64,000 nt of DNA. Origin: Camelus ferus (Eukaryota). Shown one piece after another: positions 1 through 13,959 of this stretch (its first letter is position 1; every line of letters starts with the position of its first letter). The stretch covers positions 39,806,001 through 39,870,000 of the forward strand of contig NC_045697.1 in assembly GCF_009834535.1 (NCBI RefSeq), read 5' to 3'. The notes under the pieces are model-generated. The model searched no databases and was not told the origin of the DNA. It saw only the letters and a list, made by a program, of their open reading frames with translations. Made by a program: the position numbers and the translations under genes.

Positions 1-105
1 CTAGGCCTCTGGACCAGAAGGCTGTCCACTGAGCTATCAAAGCAACAACACACCCCATGGGGTCTGATTACTACTGTCATCATCGTCATCAGAAAGGGCT
101 GTGCT

Positions 106-231
106 GGAGGGGAGGCCATAGCTCAGTGGCGGAGTGCGTACTTAGCATGCACAAGGTCCTGGGTTCAATCCCCAGTACCTTGATTTAAAAAAAAAAAAAC
201 TAATAAATAAACCTAATTATCTCCCTCTCCC

Positions 232-260
<29 letters not shown>
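106..260 (+). mobile_element. tRNA-derived SINE, camelid Vic-1-like
   Basis: A-box TAGCTCAGTGG (120-130), B-box GGGTTCAATCC (161-171), AAATAAACCTAATTATCTCCC tail segment, poly(A). Same layout at 23751 and ~46200. Confidence 0.8.
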
Positions 261-262
<2 letters not shown>

Positions 263-3200
263 CGTGCAGCCTCCCTAATGAGGAAGGGATGGGCCCCTAA
301 AAAGTGCGATGTTGACATCTGAGCATTTGCTTTGGCACCTTCTGCCTCTTATATCAGAGTTACGGCCATGGAAACATGCACCTCAAAGTGAGGAAGTCAT
401 TACAGCGTTTCTTCCCTTTCCTTCAGCTCAGCTAGTTTGCTTTTCGGCAAAAGCTGATTAACATGGCAGAGTTACTGCGTCCTTCAGATGCCCGAGAACA
501 ACCTGATAAGCTAGTTAAGAGTGTTTCTTCTACCAGGGTTAGCAGCATCCACAGCCCTGGGAATTGAGGCTTTTGAGGTGTTCCGCTTTATAAACCTCAT
601 TTATCAAGCGGCGGGAGAGCTGTTACATATGGTGATGGGCATTATGGAAATGCCTAGATTGAATACAAAGTGTGAATGTGAATTGGGTTAAATTACCTGC
701 AAAAAAGAGAGAAACTAACTCAGGAGGAGGTAAAAGGAACCAACCACAGATATGAATCAAACAGCGTGGCACAGAAATGTTAAAAGTCTGTTTATAAATG
801 GTTACCTGTGGGGTTTGCTATGGAAAGGTTTCCTGGGATGTCCATGCAGAATTTTTAAAATTTAACATAGTCAAATGAGATTAAGTAATTGCACCTACCA
901 CAGTTCTCGCCTACTCAAGACAGGAAGAAAGGTTAGAGGAGGTTTACATAAATTCAGACATCCCTGATAACACAAGGATTAGCTGATGCTAAAATCCCAA
1001 TATAGGGAGTCAGAGTATGTATGGGAAAAGGAGAGCGGTCCGTACAGCTGAAGAGTAGTGTTGACACTGAGGATGGGCAGGAGTAAGCAAAGCATGGTAA
1101 ACTGAGGTAAAATTATTGAATGTTTTTCTATGGGTGACCAGTTTCTATTTTAATTTAATAAAATATTTCAAGATTTGATTAACGTTCAGTTATAGATTTA
1201 TCAGTTGTTTTTTAAAAAGCATCATTTAGAAGAAAACTTGCTGTTTGCTGGCTTTATTTAAAAAAAAAAAGGAGGCACACCCATCTTCCTGTAATGCAGC
1301 TCTGTAACCGTACGTCTTGGGAAATTGTGAGATGACTTCATGGGCCAAGACATGAGGAAATTAGTAATGATCCTAGATTGTCCTAAGCACTGAAACTATC
1401 CCTGATCTAGGGGAGGAGACAAGGTTGATACCACAACTGAGGGTGAAAATGAAGGAGAAAAAAGTCCTCTGGGAAAGGAGTATGCACAACAGTAATAATC
1501 CAACACTTTTTTTAAAAAAAGCTAGACATTGAGTTTAGAAAGGGCTCTGATATTCTGCCCACTAAAAATGCTTCTGGGAATCACAGGCCTCTTTGCCTTT
1601 GGCTGAAGCCCAAATGAATGAGTCATGGACACACCTAAGCTAGAACCCTAAGCTGCCTGACACACTGGGAAAACATCAGGGCCAGCACAACCAGGAGTTT
1701 CAGTACCTGCTATGCCCTCAAAACACCCTCCTCGAGCCACACAGAGACAGGCACAACATTGGTCACATAAGGGCAGCGTGGAGAAGCAAAGAAGTCAGAG
1801 TCCAAGGAAGGCACAGCAGCCTCAGAAGCCGCAAAAGCAACAGGAAACTATTAGATGATCTCAAGGAGGAAAAAAATAAACCCTTTAAATCACTGTGAAG
1901 GGCTTTATACCACTGCTCTGTGGCAAGTACAGGAGTCCTCCCGAAAAAAAAAAAAAAAAAAAAAAGAATTCAAGTACCTTGCAGCTGTTAGAGACAAAGT
2001 ATAGAAACTGACATTTCACAGCCAGCTGGCCAGACTCAAGGCACAAGTTCAAACTGAAGAGTTTAGTCCTGGCACATCCCCAACGTCACCACCTTCTCCC
2101 ACCTTTCCTACCCCTCACTTTTTTTTAATCCTCCCTCCCGTGAAATCCTTTGGCCTGGGCAATGATGTTGACCTGGAATCAAAGACCTACCCACTGCCCC
2201 CAGAGCAGGCTCCCTGGGGAGGCGGCCTTCTAGCGAGCTCCCTCCCCCAAGACCGCAGGGGTTCCCTGGGGATGGCGTTCCTGGGGGCCAGGGCAGCACA
2301 GACCGCCCAACACAGGGTCCCTCTGTCACTGGCTTCCCCTCTGTGCCTAGCAGCACTCCAGGTCACAGTTCTCAATAAACACACACACAACACAAGCTCA
2401 TTCTCTTTTTCCCACTGATTAAAAATAAATCCAATGGTACCCAGACTTAGAACACATCTACCAATGAAAAAATTAAAGAGAGGGAGGCACCCACCCACAT
2501 AATCTTTTCATTCAAAGAGGCACTATTTCACAGCTGCTATGGAGTTTATAATTAACAGACGAACTTAACCAGCAACAGAAATTTCTGGAATCCATTGTAA
2601 TTTACACTAGAGTCTTGCTTATTCCAAATATAGATTACAAGCATGGGCTGGATTCCGTGGTTGAATCTGAAAGCCTCTTGGCACACCTCTAGCGCCAGTC
2701 TCTTGCAATCACGCAGCTCTGCCTACAGGGAGCGGCTGCAGGCTGGCCGTGTGCGGGCAGAAGCCGACTGACTGCTTCGCCACTGCTCACTCACTCCCAG
2801 GGGCCCAGGAACCGCCCACCACCAGCACCCCCCCAGGGCTGTGGCAGGAGGCTCCCTGGGAGAATGTCAGATTACACTCAGATGCATTCACCGTGGTGCC
2901 ATCCACAGATCCTCGCTGTCGCTGGCCTGTGAGGTTTTATTTCCTTTTTCACCTGTCCACCCCAGGTGGAATCCTCTCACCCCAGGGTCCAGGACGAAGG
3001 TGCGCAGTGGGACATGGCAGGAGGCTGTCCGACAGAAGGCGGAGTCACAGAGAAGACAGGACCGGGGTTGGGGGGTGGAGGATGGCGGCCTTTGCAGCTA
3101 TAGGTAACTTTGTGGAGACCTCTTTACCATTTGAATCTACTTCATCAAGAGCTACAGGTCAGCAAGAAGGCTTCTTTTACAGGAAAGGAACGGAGGCCCA

Positions 3201-4490
3201 GAAATACAGAGTCAGAGACAGGTAACACCTCCACTAGGTTTGTCTGACTCCAGAGCTCACCCTGCCATGTTGTCTCTGCAGGAGTACCAGACAGATCTCC
3301 TCCTCGTCCCCAAAACACTCCCTTCAAAGGCTGGCCAGGGTGGGTACAAGTCCTCCAAGGGTCAGGTGAAATGTGGGCCTTAAGTGTCTCTTAAAGTGGA
3401 TCTTAAATGTAGACATTCCCCCAGGAAGGAGCACACTGATGGGCTGGAACCTGCCAGCAACCCCCCTGCAGGCAGCAGGTGTTAGATACCGGGGCTCACC
3501 TGGGGAAGCACAGCAAGCGTGGGAGCTTCACGTAAGACACACGTGAGTTTTAATAGGAGGAGGAGAAAGAAGACCTTGTTTCCAACATGAAAATCATTTT
3601 TAAAAGCCAAAAACCTTCCTGCCACCCCCATAACTACTATACTTGTGTATATTAATTGGTTAAACGCATGATGATTAGGATTTACTAACTCAGTTTATAA
3701 ACTGGTGGCACTGTTAATTGAATTTTTATTTTAGGATCTACTTACATTTGAAAACAGGTGGTATCAGGTGCACTGTACATTTAAAGTTGCACATACGTAC
3801 AGCCCACGCTACAAAGCCCTTCCTTGAAATCCCCAAAGTCCAGGGCCCACAGATTAGGAGCCCCTGGCTAGAATACTGGGTATTGCTCCAGGTAGGCAGG
3901 CCTGATGGGGTATCTTAGAGAGGCTCCAATGAGGAAACCTGGAGGCAAAGAATGGGGAAACAGCCCACAAATAATACTTCACAATTTATCCTCAAGACCA
4001 GCCAGGCAGCCCTTTATCCAAGGGTCAATATAAAAATTAATAATTAAATATACAAAATTAATACTGCCGTTTGGGCAGGGGAACTATGGAATACAGCCAC
4101 ATGTTATGCGAGGGAACAAATATGAGAAAAGAGGCAGGCAGTCACAGGGGGGAAAAATACTCATCCTGGTACCAAATTGAGTTTCCTAAGTGAATATAAT
4201 AGAGTAAAATCATCCAGAAAAAAAAGAAACAGCAAGGCTCTTCTTTAATGAAGGTCCTATATCTTAATTTGATTCAGATTGAACTAAAAAAGACAGTAAC
4301 AAAGAAAGCAGCACATGTCCACGCTAGTGTAACAAAATCTACACGGTCACAATTGCAGACCCAACCTCGTCACTTCTCACCAAAAGGAGAGCCTCCCTGA
4401 AAGATCACCAGTTGGTGAGGAAACCTTGGACCAGCCCTCCTGGTCCTCAGCCTGTCTCACGTCTCATCAAGGCCGACAAGGTGCACTCAC

Positions 4491-4716
4491 CTGGCTTGTT
4501 TCCTTCCCTCTCGTGGCCCAGCTGCCCCTTGGTGTTCAAACCACACGTGTAAACTTCCCCATCCTCCAGGAGGAACACGGAGTGGTTTCCTCCACAGGCC
4601 ACCTCCTTGACGCTTCTGTCGGATATGAAGCCACACACCTGTGGCTCGGCCACAATCCCCTGCAGGTTGGTGCTGATCCCAGGTTGGCCCAGAGACCAAT
4701 ATCCCCAACATAACAT
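4491..4716 (-). CDS. HERC3: HERC3 E3 ubiquitin ligase, first coding exon (start of RCC1-like domain)
   Basis: ATG at 4716. MLCWGYWSLGQPGISTNLQGIVAEPQVCGFISDRSVKEVACGGNHSVFLLEDGEVYTCGLNTKGQLGHEREGNKP contains an RCC1 repeat (VACGxxHS...G.VYTCGxNxxGQLG) and matches the HERC3 N-terminus. Donor CAG|GTGAGT at 4491/4490 (75 codons + 1 nt). Acceptor ctctctctag gives exon start 4745, so 29 nt of 5'UTR. The rest of the gene lies left of the window. Confidence 0.96.
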
Positions 4717-5594
4717 TGTTCTGGTCCTTCAGGGAGTCATGTAGCCTAGAGAGAGCTTGGTAAAAAAGGGTGGGGGGAAAAATCAGAAAAAAATCACTTT
4801 AAGGAGTAAATGTAATGAATTCAGAAAATAACTTTCTCCTTAATATTCCTCAGATACCTTGTATCTCAAAATAAAACATACTGATATTGCTGAAAGTAGT
4901 TGCAATAATAATGCTGTTTTGTGCTTTAGTAGGAATTTAAAAATCATTTCTAAACAAATTTTGTTTGTCTAAAGGAACAGTGAACGCAGAATGTGGTTTT
5001 CAGATCATTGATGAAGAATTCTAAGAATGGGAGACTTGTTGAAACAATCTTTGCAGACCATTATGGTGATCACTGTTTTGAAATTATTCTCATGATTTCA
5101 CCTTGTCCTTTCTCCTTGCACCTTTCCTTTTAATTTTATGCCCAATTTTTTAAAAATTCTTGAACTAATTAACTTCTCTAGGTAGCCTATTGTTAGCATG
5201 CATAGTAGTAATTCACCACTCAAAACAGAGGAATGGAAAGAAAATGTTATCTTCTCTGCCATTTCCTCTTACACATCCTTTGGGACCTGAGTCAAGCTTC
5301 ACTTTCTACCTGAGAGCCTCTGGGGACCATTCCAGCCACAGTCAGCCTGAATCCATCTGACACATCTACTATATTGCCTTTACCGGAAACTTTCTCTGTC
5401 TCTTATAACTTAACTCCTTAGCCAGATTTTAATTGCCTTAGACGGAGACCACAGCACAACCTATACCTCTTTGATTTAGCAGGTGCTCAATAGACTTTTG
5501 GCTGATTGATTATGGCTGACTCTAGACCAAAGTTTCACTATCGTTTAAAATTTCATCCTTCTCTTTCATACTAAAACAAAAGTTCATCTCGCTC

Positions 5595-5930
5595 TACCAG
5601 TTCACACCCACTAGGATGGTTACAGTCAGAAAAAACAGATAATAACAAGTGCTGGGGAGGATGTGGAGAAATTGGAGCTTACACTGCTGGTGGGAATGAA
5701 AAAGGAAAACAGACTGACAGTTCCTCAAAAGGCTAAACACAGTTACCTTGGGATCCAGCAGTTTCACGCCTATGTGTATAGTATACCCAAGAGAATTATA
5801 AACATATGTCCACAAAAAACATACATGAATGTTCACAGCAGCATTGTTTATAATACCAAAAAGCAGAAATAACTCAAATGCCCATCAATTGAGGAAATAA
5901 AGTGTGGTGTTTCCAAACAATGGAATGCTA
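5595..5930 (+). mobile_element. Old L1 fragment (ORF2 3' end)
   Basis: Typical L1 3' ORF2 motifs: cacacccactaggatgg, aataacaagtgctgg, gttcacagcagcattgttta, aaatgcccatcaa. Confidence 0.75.
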
Positions 5931-6299
5931 CTTGACTACCTATGATAAATACTATCTGATCAACTCTTTGAACTCTGGAATCTTTCAGGAAAGGCATAAG
6001 AAGGCCCAAAGTAAAATATAAAGCTGAATGTCAATTTACTGTCTTAATCAGAAAGTTCTGCTTGTGGTTTTTATTCCAAGGTAGATTCTAAAACTAAAAT
6101 AAAATATTCAGCTTAAATGTTATTCTTTGAGTTAAATGCAATGACTGGAAGGAGGGAAGGAGAGAAAATGCAAACTGGGTGTGGGGCGGGCAGGGGGAGG
6201 GAGGATAGACATTTAAAAAGAGCAGCAAGATCACATAATCTAGTCAATTTAATTTTCTCAATTTGCTCAACTGCTGTTTGTCTTATCTCTCCTATCAAT

Positions 6300-6550
6300 A
6301 ATGCTATGAACAGTATCACAGCGCTTATCGTGCCACAGTCACTGTGCTAATAAGCATGTTATATCATTATCTCATTTCATCTTCACAACAACCCTGTGCC
6401 CTCAGTACTATTTTTGGCATCATTTTCAGATAAAGCAAGGCTCAGAGAGATTAAGAAGCATGCCCAAGGTCACAAAGCTGGAAGGAACAGCACCTGGCTA
6501 TGAATCCAGGCCTGCTGCCAACGTCCACACTCCCCGCTGGGCTACACTGC
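6300..6550 (-). mobile_element. MIR SINE
   Basis: MIR core in reverse: ctcatttcatcttcacaacaaccctg ... aggctcagagagattaag ... cccaaggtcac. Confidence 0.75.
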
Positions 6551-6795
6551 CACCCACAGATTTCCATGTCACCTACAGGAGCAAGAACACACACAAAAAC
6601 ATGTAGAATGACTAAACTGTAGTCAGCACACAACACTGGATATCTTAGAAACTTGAAAATAAAGCTGCCCCTGAGAGTGAAAGTAGTCAGAATTAAGAGA
6701 TAATGAATGAGATTAGGCAGCTGTACCATTAAGCCATCCCCTTAACCAGCCAAGTACAGTGTGTTTAGAAATATGGTATCAAGAAGCTATGATTG

Positions 6796-7403
6796 ATATC
6801 CAGAGGGAACTCTAATTAGAAAAGATACATGCACCTCAATGTTCATAGCAACACTATATACAATAGTCAAGACAAGGAAATAACCTAAATGTCCATCGAC
6901 AGATGAATGGATAAAGAAGTTGTGGTATATTTATGCAATGGAATACTACTCAGCCATAAAAAAGAATAAAATAATGTCATTTGCAGCAACATGGATGGAC
7001 CTGGGGATCGTCATTCTAAGTGAAGTAAGCCAGAAAGAGAAAGAAAAATTCCATATGATATCACTCATGTGTGGAATATAAAAAAAAAAAAAAAGACAAG
7101 TGAACTTACCTACAAAACAGAAACAGACTCACAGACATAAAAAACGAACAAACTTATGGTTACCGAGGTTGGGAAAGGATAAATTGGGAGTTCAAGATTT
7201 GCAGATACTAACTACTATATATAAAATAGATAAACAACAAGTTTCTACTGTACAGTACAGGAAACTATATTCAATACCTTTTGGTAGCCTATAATGAAAA
7301 ACAATAGGAAAATGAATATATGTATGTATGACAGAAACATTATGCTGTACACCAGAACTGAGACAATACTGTAAACTGACTACACTTTAATAAAAAAAAA
7401 AAA
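6796..7403 (+). mobile_element. 5'-truncated L1 with target-site duplication
   Basis: ORF2 C-terminal remnant, 3'UTR and poly(A). Flanked by aagctatgattg / aagctataattg. Confidence 0.9.
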
Positions 7404-8084
7404 AGCTATAATTGCACACCTACATACACAAAGCTCTATAAACAATGCTCACAGTAGTTTTATTATACTAAATAAAAATGGCAACAACCCAAATGTCCAT
7501 CAACCTGGATAGTACTCATCAATAAAAAAACAATGGAACACTATTCATCCATTAAAATGGGGGTGGAGCGGGGAGAGAGGCCATGACTGAAACGCACTTA
7601 ATGTAAAAGAAAGCCGTAACTAATGTGGTGCATCCTTTCTGAAGAATGAAGGTTAGTTTAAAATAACTTCCTCAAGGGTGTTATTGCCTGTTTTTTTTGT
7701 CTTCTAATCTCTCTCCCCAAGTCCCTCTTTATCTGGGAACAAACTCTACCCCTGGCCAAGCCAATCAAAGGCCACCCCTAAGCCATTGTGATTGGTGCAG
7801 GGATAGGTTCACGCACCCACGTGGCCAGAGTTCTTCCCCATTAAGTTCCATTCAGCACTGATAGAAGCCTGCCTTTTGCCTCTAAAGGGTAACTAAAGCT
7901 GCTGGAAGCTACCTCCCCTGCCACAGAGGATACCTGTAACACATTATGAAGCTACCAGCCAGAGAGGTTCAAAGACAAGAGACAGCAAGGGTCTCAGGGA
8001 CACTGATTGAGCCTTGGATCTTCTCTTACCTGGAGCCAGCACCACCACCTTCCTGAGTATACTTGAGTTTCATTATCCCATCCT

Positions 8085-8990
8085 AGTGAGTTTGCCTACT
8101 CACTGAAATTGATTTGTAACCTCAAAATCAATGCTCAGAGTATTTCTGCAGTCATTCCCAGAAGAATGTGCAAGAGTGTGAAAAGAGGTGAAAAATTTGA
8201 GCCACCCTGTGTGCATGTCCCAGCTGGAGTCAAACAAGACAATGTTCTACCTTCTTGTTTCAACTCGCATACTGAAAGCAAGTGCTCTTTTTTCATCTGC
8301 TTATGACCATATTTTTCATTCTTTCACGTTTTTTGGTGGTGATTTCACTGTTTAAAATGGCCCCCAAGCATAACGCTGAAGTACTGTCTAGTGTTCCTAA
8401 GTACAAGAAGGCCGTGATGTGCCTTGCAAAGAAAACACATGTGATTAATGAGCTTCATTCATGCCTAAGTTCCAGCGCTGTTGGCTGTGAGATCAATGCT
8501 AACGAAAAAAGAGGAAATTCACTGATCTGTACATGGGGCCACTGGAAAGTGCCAAAGTAACAGCTACAGTGAGCTCATAATGAAGCTACAGAAAAGACGG
8601 AAGAGCAACTGAATCTGTGGATTCGGGACTGATGACTGATTACAGCACGGAGTGGACAGCACGTTGTAAGGCTGAAAGCCAAAGAAATTTACCATCACAT
8701 TAGCCAGGGTCAGGAAAATGCTAAAAATGCTTCCTGACTAGTGTTTTATTACAAAGAAATATTGTACAGAATTAATCATTTGTAAGAAATAAATATCAAA
8801 TAAGGCATCTAAACAGCAACACACTTAAGCACACACAAAACAAGGTTATGTATTGATCTGTTGATGGAGGCTTTTGACAGGAAGCTAACTAACCCCGTGG
8901 TTCCCTGGGAGCAATGGCTCAGTCTTTACTAATTTGGGTTCACAGCAACTTCATAGAACTTACTTACCACGAATGATAAGAATCAACTCT
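8085..8990. mobile_element. TcMar-Tigger DNA transposon remnant (MER47/Tigger5-like)
   Basis: Recognisable blocks: gtttaaaatggcccccaagcataacgctgaagtactgtctagtgttcctaagtacaagaagg, atgagcttcattca, and terminal ccacgaatgataagaatcaact. Confidence 0.7.
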
Positions 8991-9089
8991 ATACAGCCTG
9001 ATAGTTCCCTTGTCTGTTTAAGACTGTTTGAACTGGATCTCTGTCACTTGAAATTAAAAACTCCTGGCTGATAAGATGACTTTTTAACA

Positions 9090-9360
9090 ATAATAGCAGG
9101 TAAGACTACATCTGAGCTTACACTGCATCTGGCACTTTTCTACATGATTTACAGATTTTAAATCATTTATTCTTCCATGAGGTAAGTACGGCTATTATCA
9201 TCTCTAATTCGCAGATGAAGAAAGTAAAATTTTAAAAAAATGAAGAAAAAGAAAATAAAATGAGACAGAAAGTGTTGAAGTACTTAGCTAAGCTGCACAA
9301 CTGGGTAGTGGCAGAGATAGGATTTAAGCCCAGAATATGTACGCTTGACTAGTTTGCTGT
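9090..9360 (-). mobile_element. MIR SINE
   Basis: Degenerate MIR core: attatcatctctaattcgcagatgaagaaa ... agtggcagagataggattt. Confidence 0.6.
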
Positions 9361-11649
9361 GTAAGGAGTCTAGGAAATGGACAGCCAAATAGTCAGGACT
9401 TGTCAATACCTCCAGCACCATCCAGAGAGAAAGGGTATCATAACCAGTCACCCCGACTATTTCATCTGCTAAGTAATTATTGCCCAAGAGTACAGATGGG
9501 CAGATTAGACTCCATAACATTAGTCACTAAACTCACCCAGCTACTTGCCCTGCTGAGAGTTCATGATTAATAAGCAACCTTAAATAACTTGGTTTCCAAG
9601 GTAGATCCCACTACTGGCAAAGCATACCGTGACCCAGTGACCAAAGCATCTCAGCCTTCTTGGCATTTCTACTTCTCACCATTAATTTGGCATCCTGCAT
9701 CTATCAGCATCTTGTAAGTTTGTTTAGGATGAGTCAGTCCTTAAGCGTCAGCTGAACTCTGAGTACTTTGGCCAACTACAAGCCTGGATAAGCAGCCTGA
9801 AGTATGGCCTTATCCCTGATTAACTAATAGAAATTATTTGTAAAGAAATATAAATAGAACTATTGTTAAAACCCTTCCCACCTGAGCAATGCAATCTTCA
9901 AGCAGTCAAATGAAAACTAATTGGAGGTAACTAAACTGCAACCACAGAGAAGATGTAATTTCTATGAATGGATTATTAACCCTAATTGCAAATACAGTCT
10001 GGCTCATCACAATGCTCTGCCAAAACTAGAGCAGCAGGCGCTAAAATCATCTAGCTCTCAAGAGAGAGGTTCAGTTCATGGAAGAGAAGCCAGCCATTAA
10101 GAGAGCACACTCTGGTGGAATCCCGAACCTCGTAGCTACTGGTGTCCGCGAATTCAAAGGTCTAGCTCCAGCGATGTTTTTATCAGTTGGCATTCTGATC
10201 TCCTGTGTCCTCCCACCCATTTTTCCTCACTCACCATCTCTCCCTTGCTTCTACTGAAGTAGAATCTTTTATTTCCCTTCAAGACACACAGTTACAAAAG
10301 GTGCGACAGAAGAACACAGGACAGCACTCAGCATCTACACCACCTCAGCTGTCCCAGGTGCTTCAATCCAGCCCACCCCTTTCCTGCCTCTTATCTCCCC
10401 AACACAAAAGAAAAGGAAGAAAGTTGGGCGGTCCATCCCCTGCATGTCACACCTGGTACTTTTCCCAGTCCTTCTCCTCATCTATTTTTGGTAAAAGATT
10501 CAGGATAATCTTAGTAGGGCTTAAGGGTCCAAAGGACTAAAGTTCAAGCCCCAGAATTAACCACATGCTAGCTGCGAAGACTTGGGAAAGATATTTAAAC
10601 ACTCTAAGCCTGTTTCCTGTTGCCAAAGTGGCAAGGAGAGTGACAGGGTTGTCATGAGGACTAACGACAGAATGTCCGTAAAGAGGGCATACAGTGTAAG
10701 TGGTCAATGAAGTCAGCTGCTGTAGACACTGCTACTCCCACTCCCGGTGCTCTTTCTGGGACCTCAGCAAACAGGGGAGCCCCAAAACAGGCTAGGGGAG
10801 TGACTCCTTTCCCCTGTGGTTGGCATCTGCTGTTCCACCAAATTTGCACGATGGCAAAGCAGCACTACCTCCATCAGTCATAACGCTCACAAAGGACATC
10901 CGAGGTTGCTAGGACAAAGTTTTTTCAACGCATTTTCTTTTACACTCTGGGGAGGACAAAGGGGTGGTAGGGGGAGGGGAGATAAATCTTTTATCATCTT
11001 AGTGAGCTGAATGCTAAAAGACAAGCTGGGATTCCTAAACTTTGTCTTGTTAATCAGACTATGCAAACATCAGCCTAACAACTGATTCTTATTTTCTTTG
11101 TTTGAATGTCACTGACACCTAAATAACACTCAGGCAGGACTTCTCATCTCATGTGTTAACAGGGATAAGCTTCCTTTCAAATAAGCTCAGAAGCCATCGC
11201 CTGACTGGTGTATGGGAAGGGAGGGTTTCCTTCAACAGCAGGAAAAGGGAATGTCCAAGGCTTCAGGGCTCTGCAGACACTCCCCAAACCCAAGCTTTAA
11301 AGAAATTTGTAGCCCAAACTCAAATGCAGAATTAACTCCAGTAACAAAAAGATTTATTCTAATGACATGTTTCATTGTCAAAAAGTTTACTACCATAGGC
11401 AGAAATGGCACCGAAGGCAGAGAGAAGTTTTCAACAACGTGAACCCACTCCTTGCTGTTTCCTCCCTCGCCTTCACTTCAGCTGGACTTTGGTCCTCAGG
11501 CCCTTTTACCAACACAGGAAACATTCCTACCCCTCCCTGATGAGCCCTGCACAGGTGGGGCCTTCTTTACTGCCCGGTGCTGCGCTTTGTAAAACTATGA
11601 GAATGAGCACTCCATTGCCTGCATAAGCTTCGGGCTGCCTTCAAAAGAC

Positions 11650-12620
11650 ACTTGACCAGACTGGCAAGAATTAAAAAGTCTGACAGTGTTAAGTCAACGA
11701 TATAGAGCAACCAGGACACTTACCCACAGCTGATGGGAGTGTAAACTGGCAGAATCACTGTGGAAAATAAGTGGGCATCACCTAGTGAAGGTGAAGATGT
11801 AACCACCCCACAGCAGTCATTTCATTCCTAGGTATATGACCAGCACTGTCCAAACTACCCGGTATCCGTGATGCTCCTTCACTACGCTGAGAGCTGGAGA
11901 TACACAGATGGGTAAAATCTGGCAACTGAGATCTTCCTGTGATGATGGAAATGTTACACATCTGTACTGTCCAACATGGTAGCCACTAGCCACATGTGGC
12001 TACTGAGTACCTGAAATGTGGCTAATGTGACTGAAGAACTGAATTTTAATGTTATTTAATTTTAATTATTTTAATTCAAGTAGTCACATATGGCAGTGGC
12101 TATCTTACTGTACAATACAGCAAGAAATTCATGAATCTGTACCCCAAGATATATGCGCAAGAATCTTCATTTCAGGATTGTTTGAAATACACAGAACAAA
12201 AACGACCCAAATGTCCATCTGTAAGAAAATGGATAAACTACAGCACATGATAAAACAGAACACTGAACAGCAGTGAAAAATAAATGAATTCCATCTACAA
12301 ACAACAGTGTAGCTAAATCTTAAAAACAGTGTTGGGTCGGGGGGAGTCACAGAAGAATGCAGAGTGTGAGGCATTTTTGCAAAGTCCAAACACAAGTATA
12401 ACAGGTATTTAGAGATAAAAATATTAGTGGTGGTAAAGCCATGAAGAAAAGCAAAAAAGAGATCAATACAAAGATTAAGAGAGATCTTTGTATGTGTAGA
12501 GCTGGAGGGTACAACCCACAAGGAGCACAATGGGAGCTTCAGTAGCTCAGCTGACCGGCCCTTTTACTGCTGTTTCTCAGCATATCTACCACACATATTG
12601 CTTCACACTCACAGATACTT
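11650..12620 (+). mobile_element. Old L1 fragment interrupted by a MER3-like hAT element (~11841-12121)
   Basis: L1 motifs (gggagtgtaaactgg, cattcctaggtatat, cccaaatgtccatc) on both sides of the MER3-type block gatgatggaaatgtt...tagccactagccacatgtggctactgag. Confidence 0.7.
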
Positions 12621-13959
12621 CACAATAAAGAAAAAATGAGAAGTACTATTGAGGTAGGATCACTGCTTCCTGCATCTTACCCACCAATTCCCCGCCCATG
12701 TGCGGACTGAGCGCTTCTCCACGATGAGAACCAGGTTTTCATCATCTCTCTATTTCCCCTTCCCAGCACAATACAGGCAGGAGCTCAGAGATGCTTCCTA
12801 AGTGCCTAGAGGACTGAATCTAAATCTGAGAAAACCAGAACTCCCACAATCTAAATTTGTTAACAGTTCTGCTTGCCAGGTAATGTGAGGTAAACATCCC
12901 AATGCAATAACAACAATAACAAAAACCCAACAACAACAATGTATTTCCTCCATTCCAAAATGGACTCTCCTCTCACCACATTTTAGCAGCTCTGAAAGTA
13001 GAACACCTTTTACAACCCAAGCTGTCATCCACTTGGTGTTTCTCAGTGCTAGAGTAGGGGAATGGAAGCTGTGTGAAGCTCTGTGAAGAACTGAGCCTCT
13101 TTCGTTCATGTCTCTACCCCCAGAGACTAGAATAGTGTCTGGCACAAAGTAGGGACTCAATAAATAGTTGTTGAATAAAGACAAAGAAATAGTTACTATT
13201 ACTGCAAGCCTACAGTGTGTCTGAGTCTGTGCTGAAAACTTTACTTAGATCATTTAATTTGCCCTTTACAATAACCTCAAGACTGAGCAAGGTGAAGTCA
13301 TTTGCCCAAGAATGTGTAAGTAAGTACCAGCTGTGGTAGAAACTTAGTTTAAGTGGCAAAGGCAGGACTCAAATCTTACCTGACTCCAAAGTCCATGCTC
13401 TTAAACAGGATGCTACACTATCACTGAAATAAAACAAAGCCAAGCTACATTCCTACTCCAACTCTGAAAACAAATGTTAAAAGATGTTGCAGTAGTGAGC
13501 TCATATTAGCTGAATCACTGGCCATGTTTACAGGCAACTGGAACCTACGTTAGCCAGAGACAGGAGGGATGGGTGAGGCAATCTCAACAGTTAGCCAGAC
13601 TTTCCTCCACATCCACCCTGACTTAACAATAAAACTAGTTCACTTACTGATTCACACATAGAAACACATGCCCCCGACACCTGCAAGTCCTGTTTCTAAA
13701 TGTAGTAAATGTGTAAAGAGGCAGAGTTATATCATCAAAGGGATCATCTTATTAGAGAGACCTTACAAGTCCATTTGATCCAACCTCTAAGACAGAGAGT
13801 TCCAGTTCTAACCTCATTTAATAGCAGCTGAAGCTAACTTTGGTCCTCTGAGAAGTAACTAATTGAAGTGGAGACTAGAAACTAGGTCTCCTACTTCCTG
13901 GGCTCACCTTGTTCTCACTACATCACAGCAGAAGGAAGTCAGTAAGGATTTGTTAAGAT

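Noticed and set aside
106..182. tRNA-like sequence with A and B boxes (also at 23751 and ~46200)
   Set aside because: Followed by a shared tRNA-unrelated tail and an A-rich end, so these are SINEs rather than tRNA genes.
2108..3327. GC-rich HERC3 intronic ORFs, 60-158 aa
   Set aside because: No RCC1-like or other recognisable protein pattern and no convincing splice phase. At most a regulatory GC patch.
12977..13048. Candidate 72-nt non-coding HERC3 exon (cctactctag ... GTG|GTGAGA, minus)
   Set aside because: Splice signals are plausible, but there is no coding or transcript evidence and other candidates exist.
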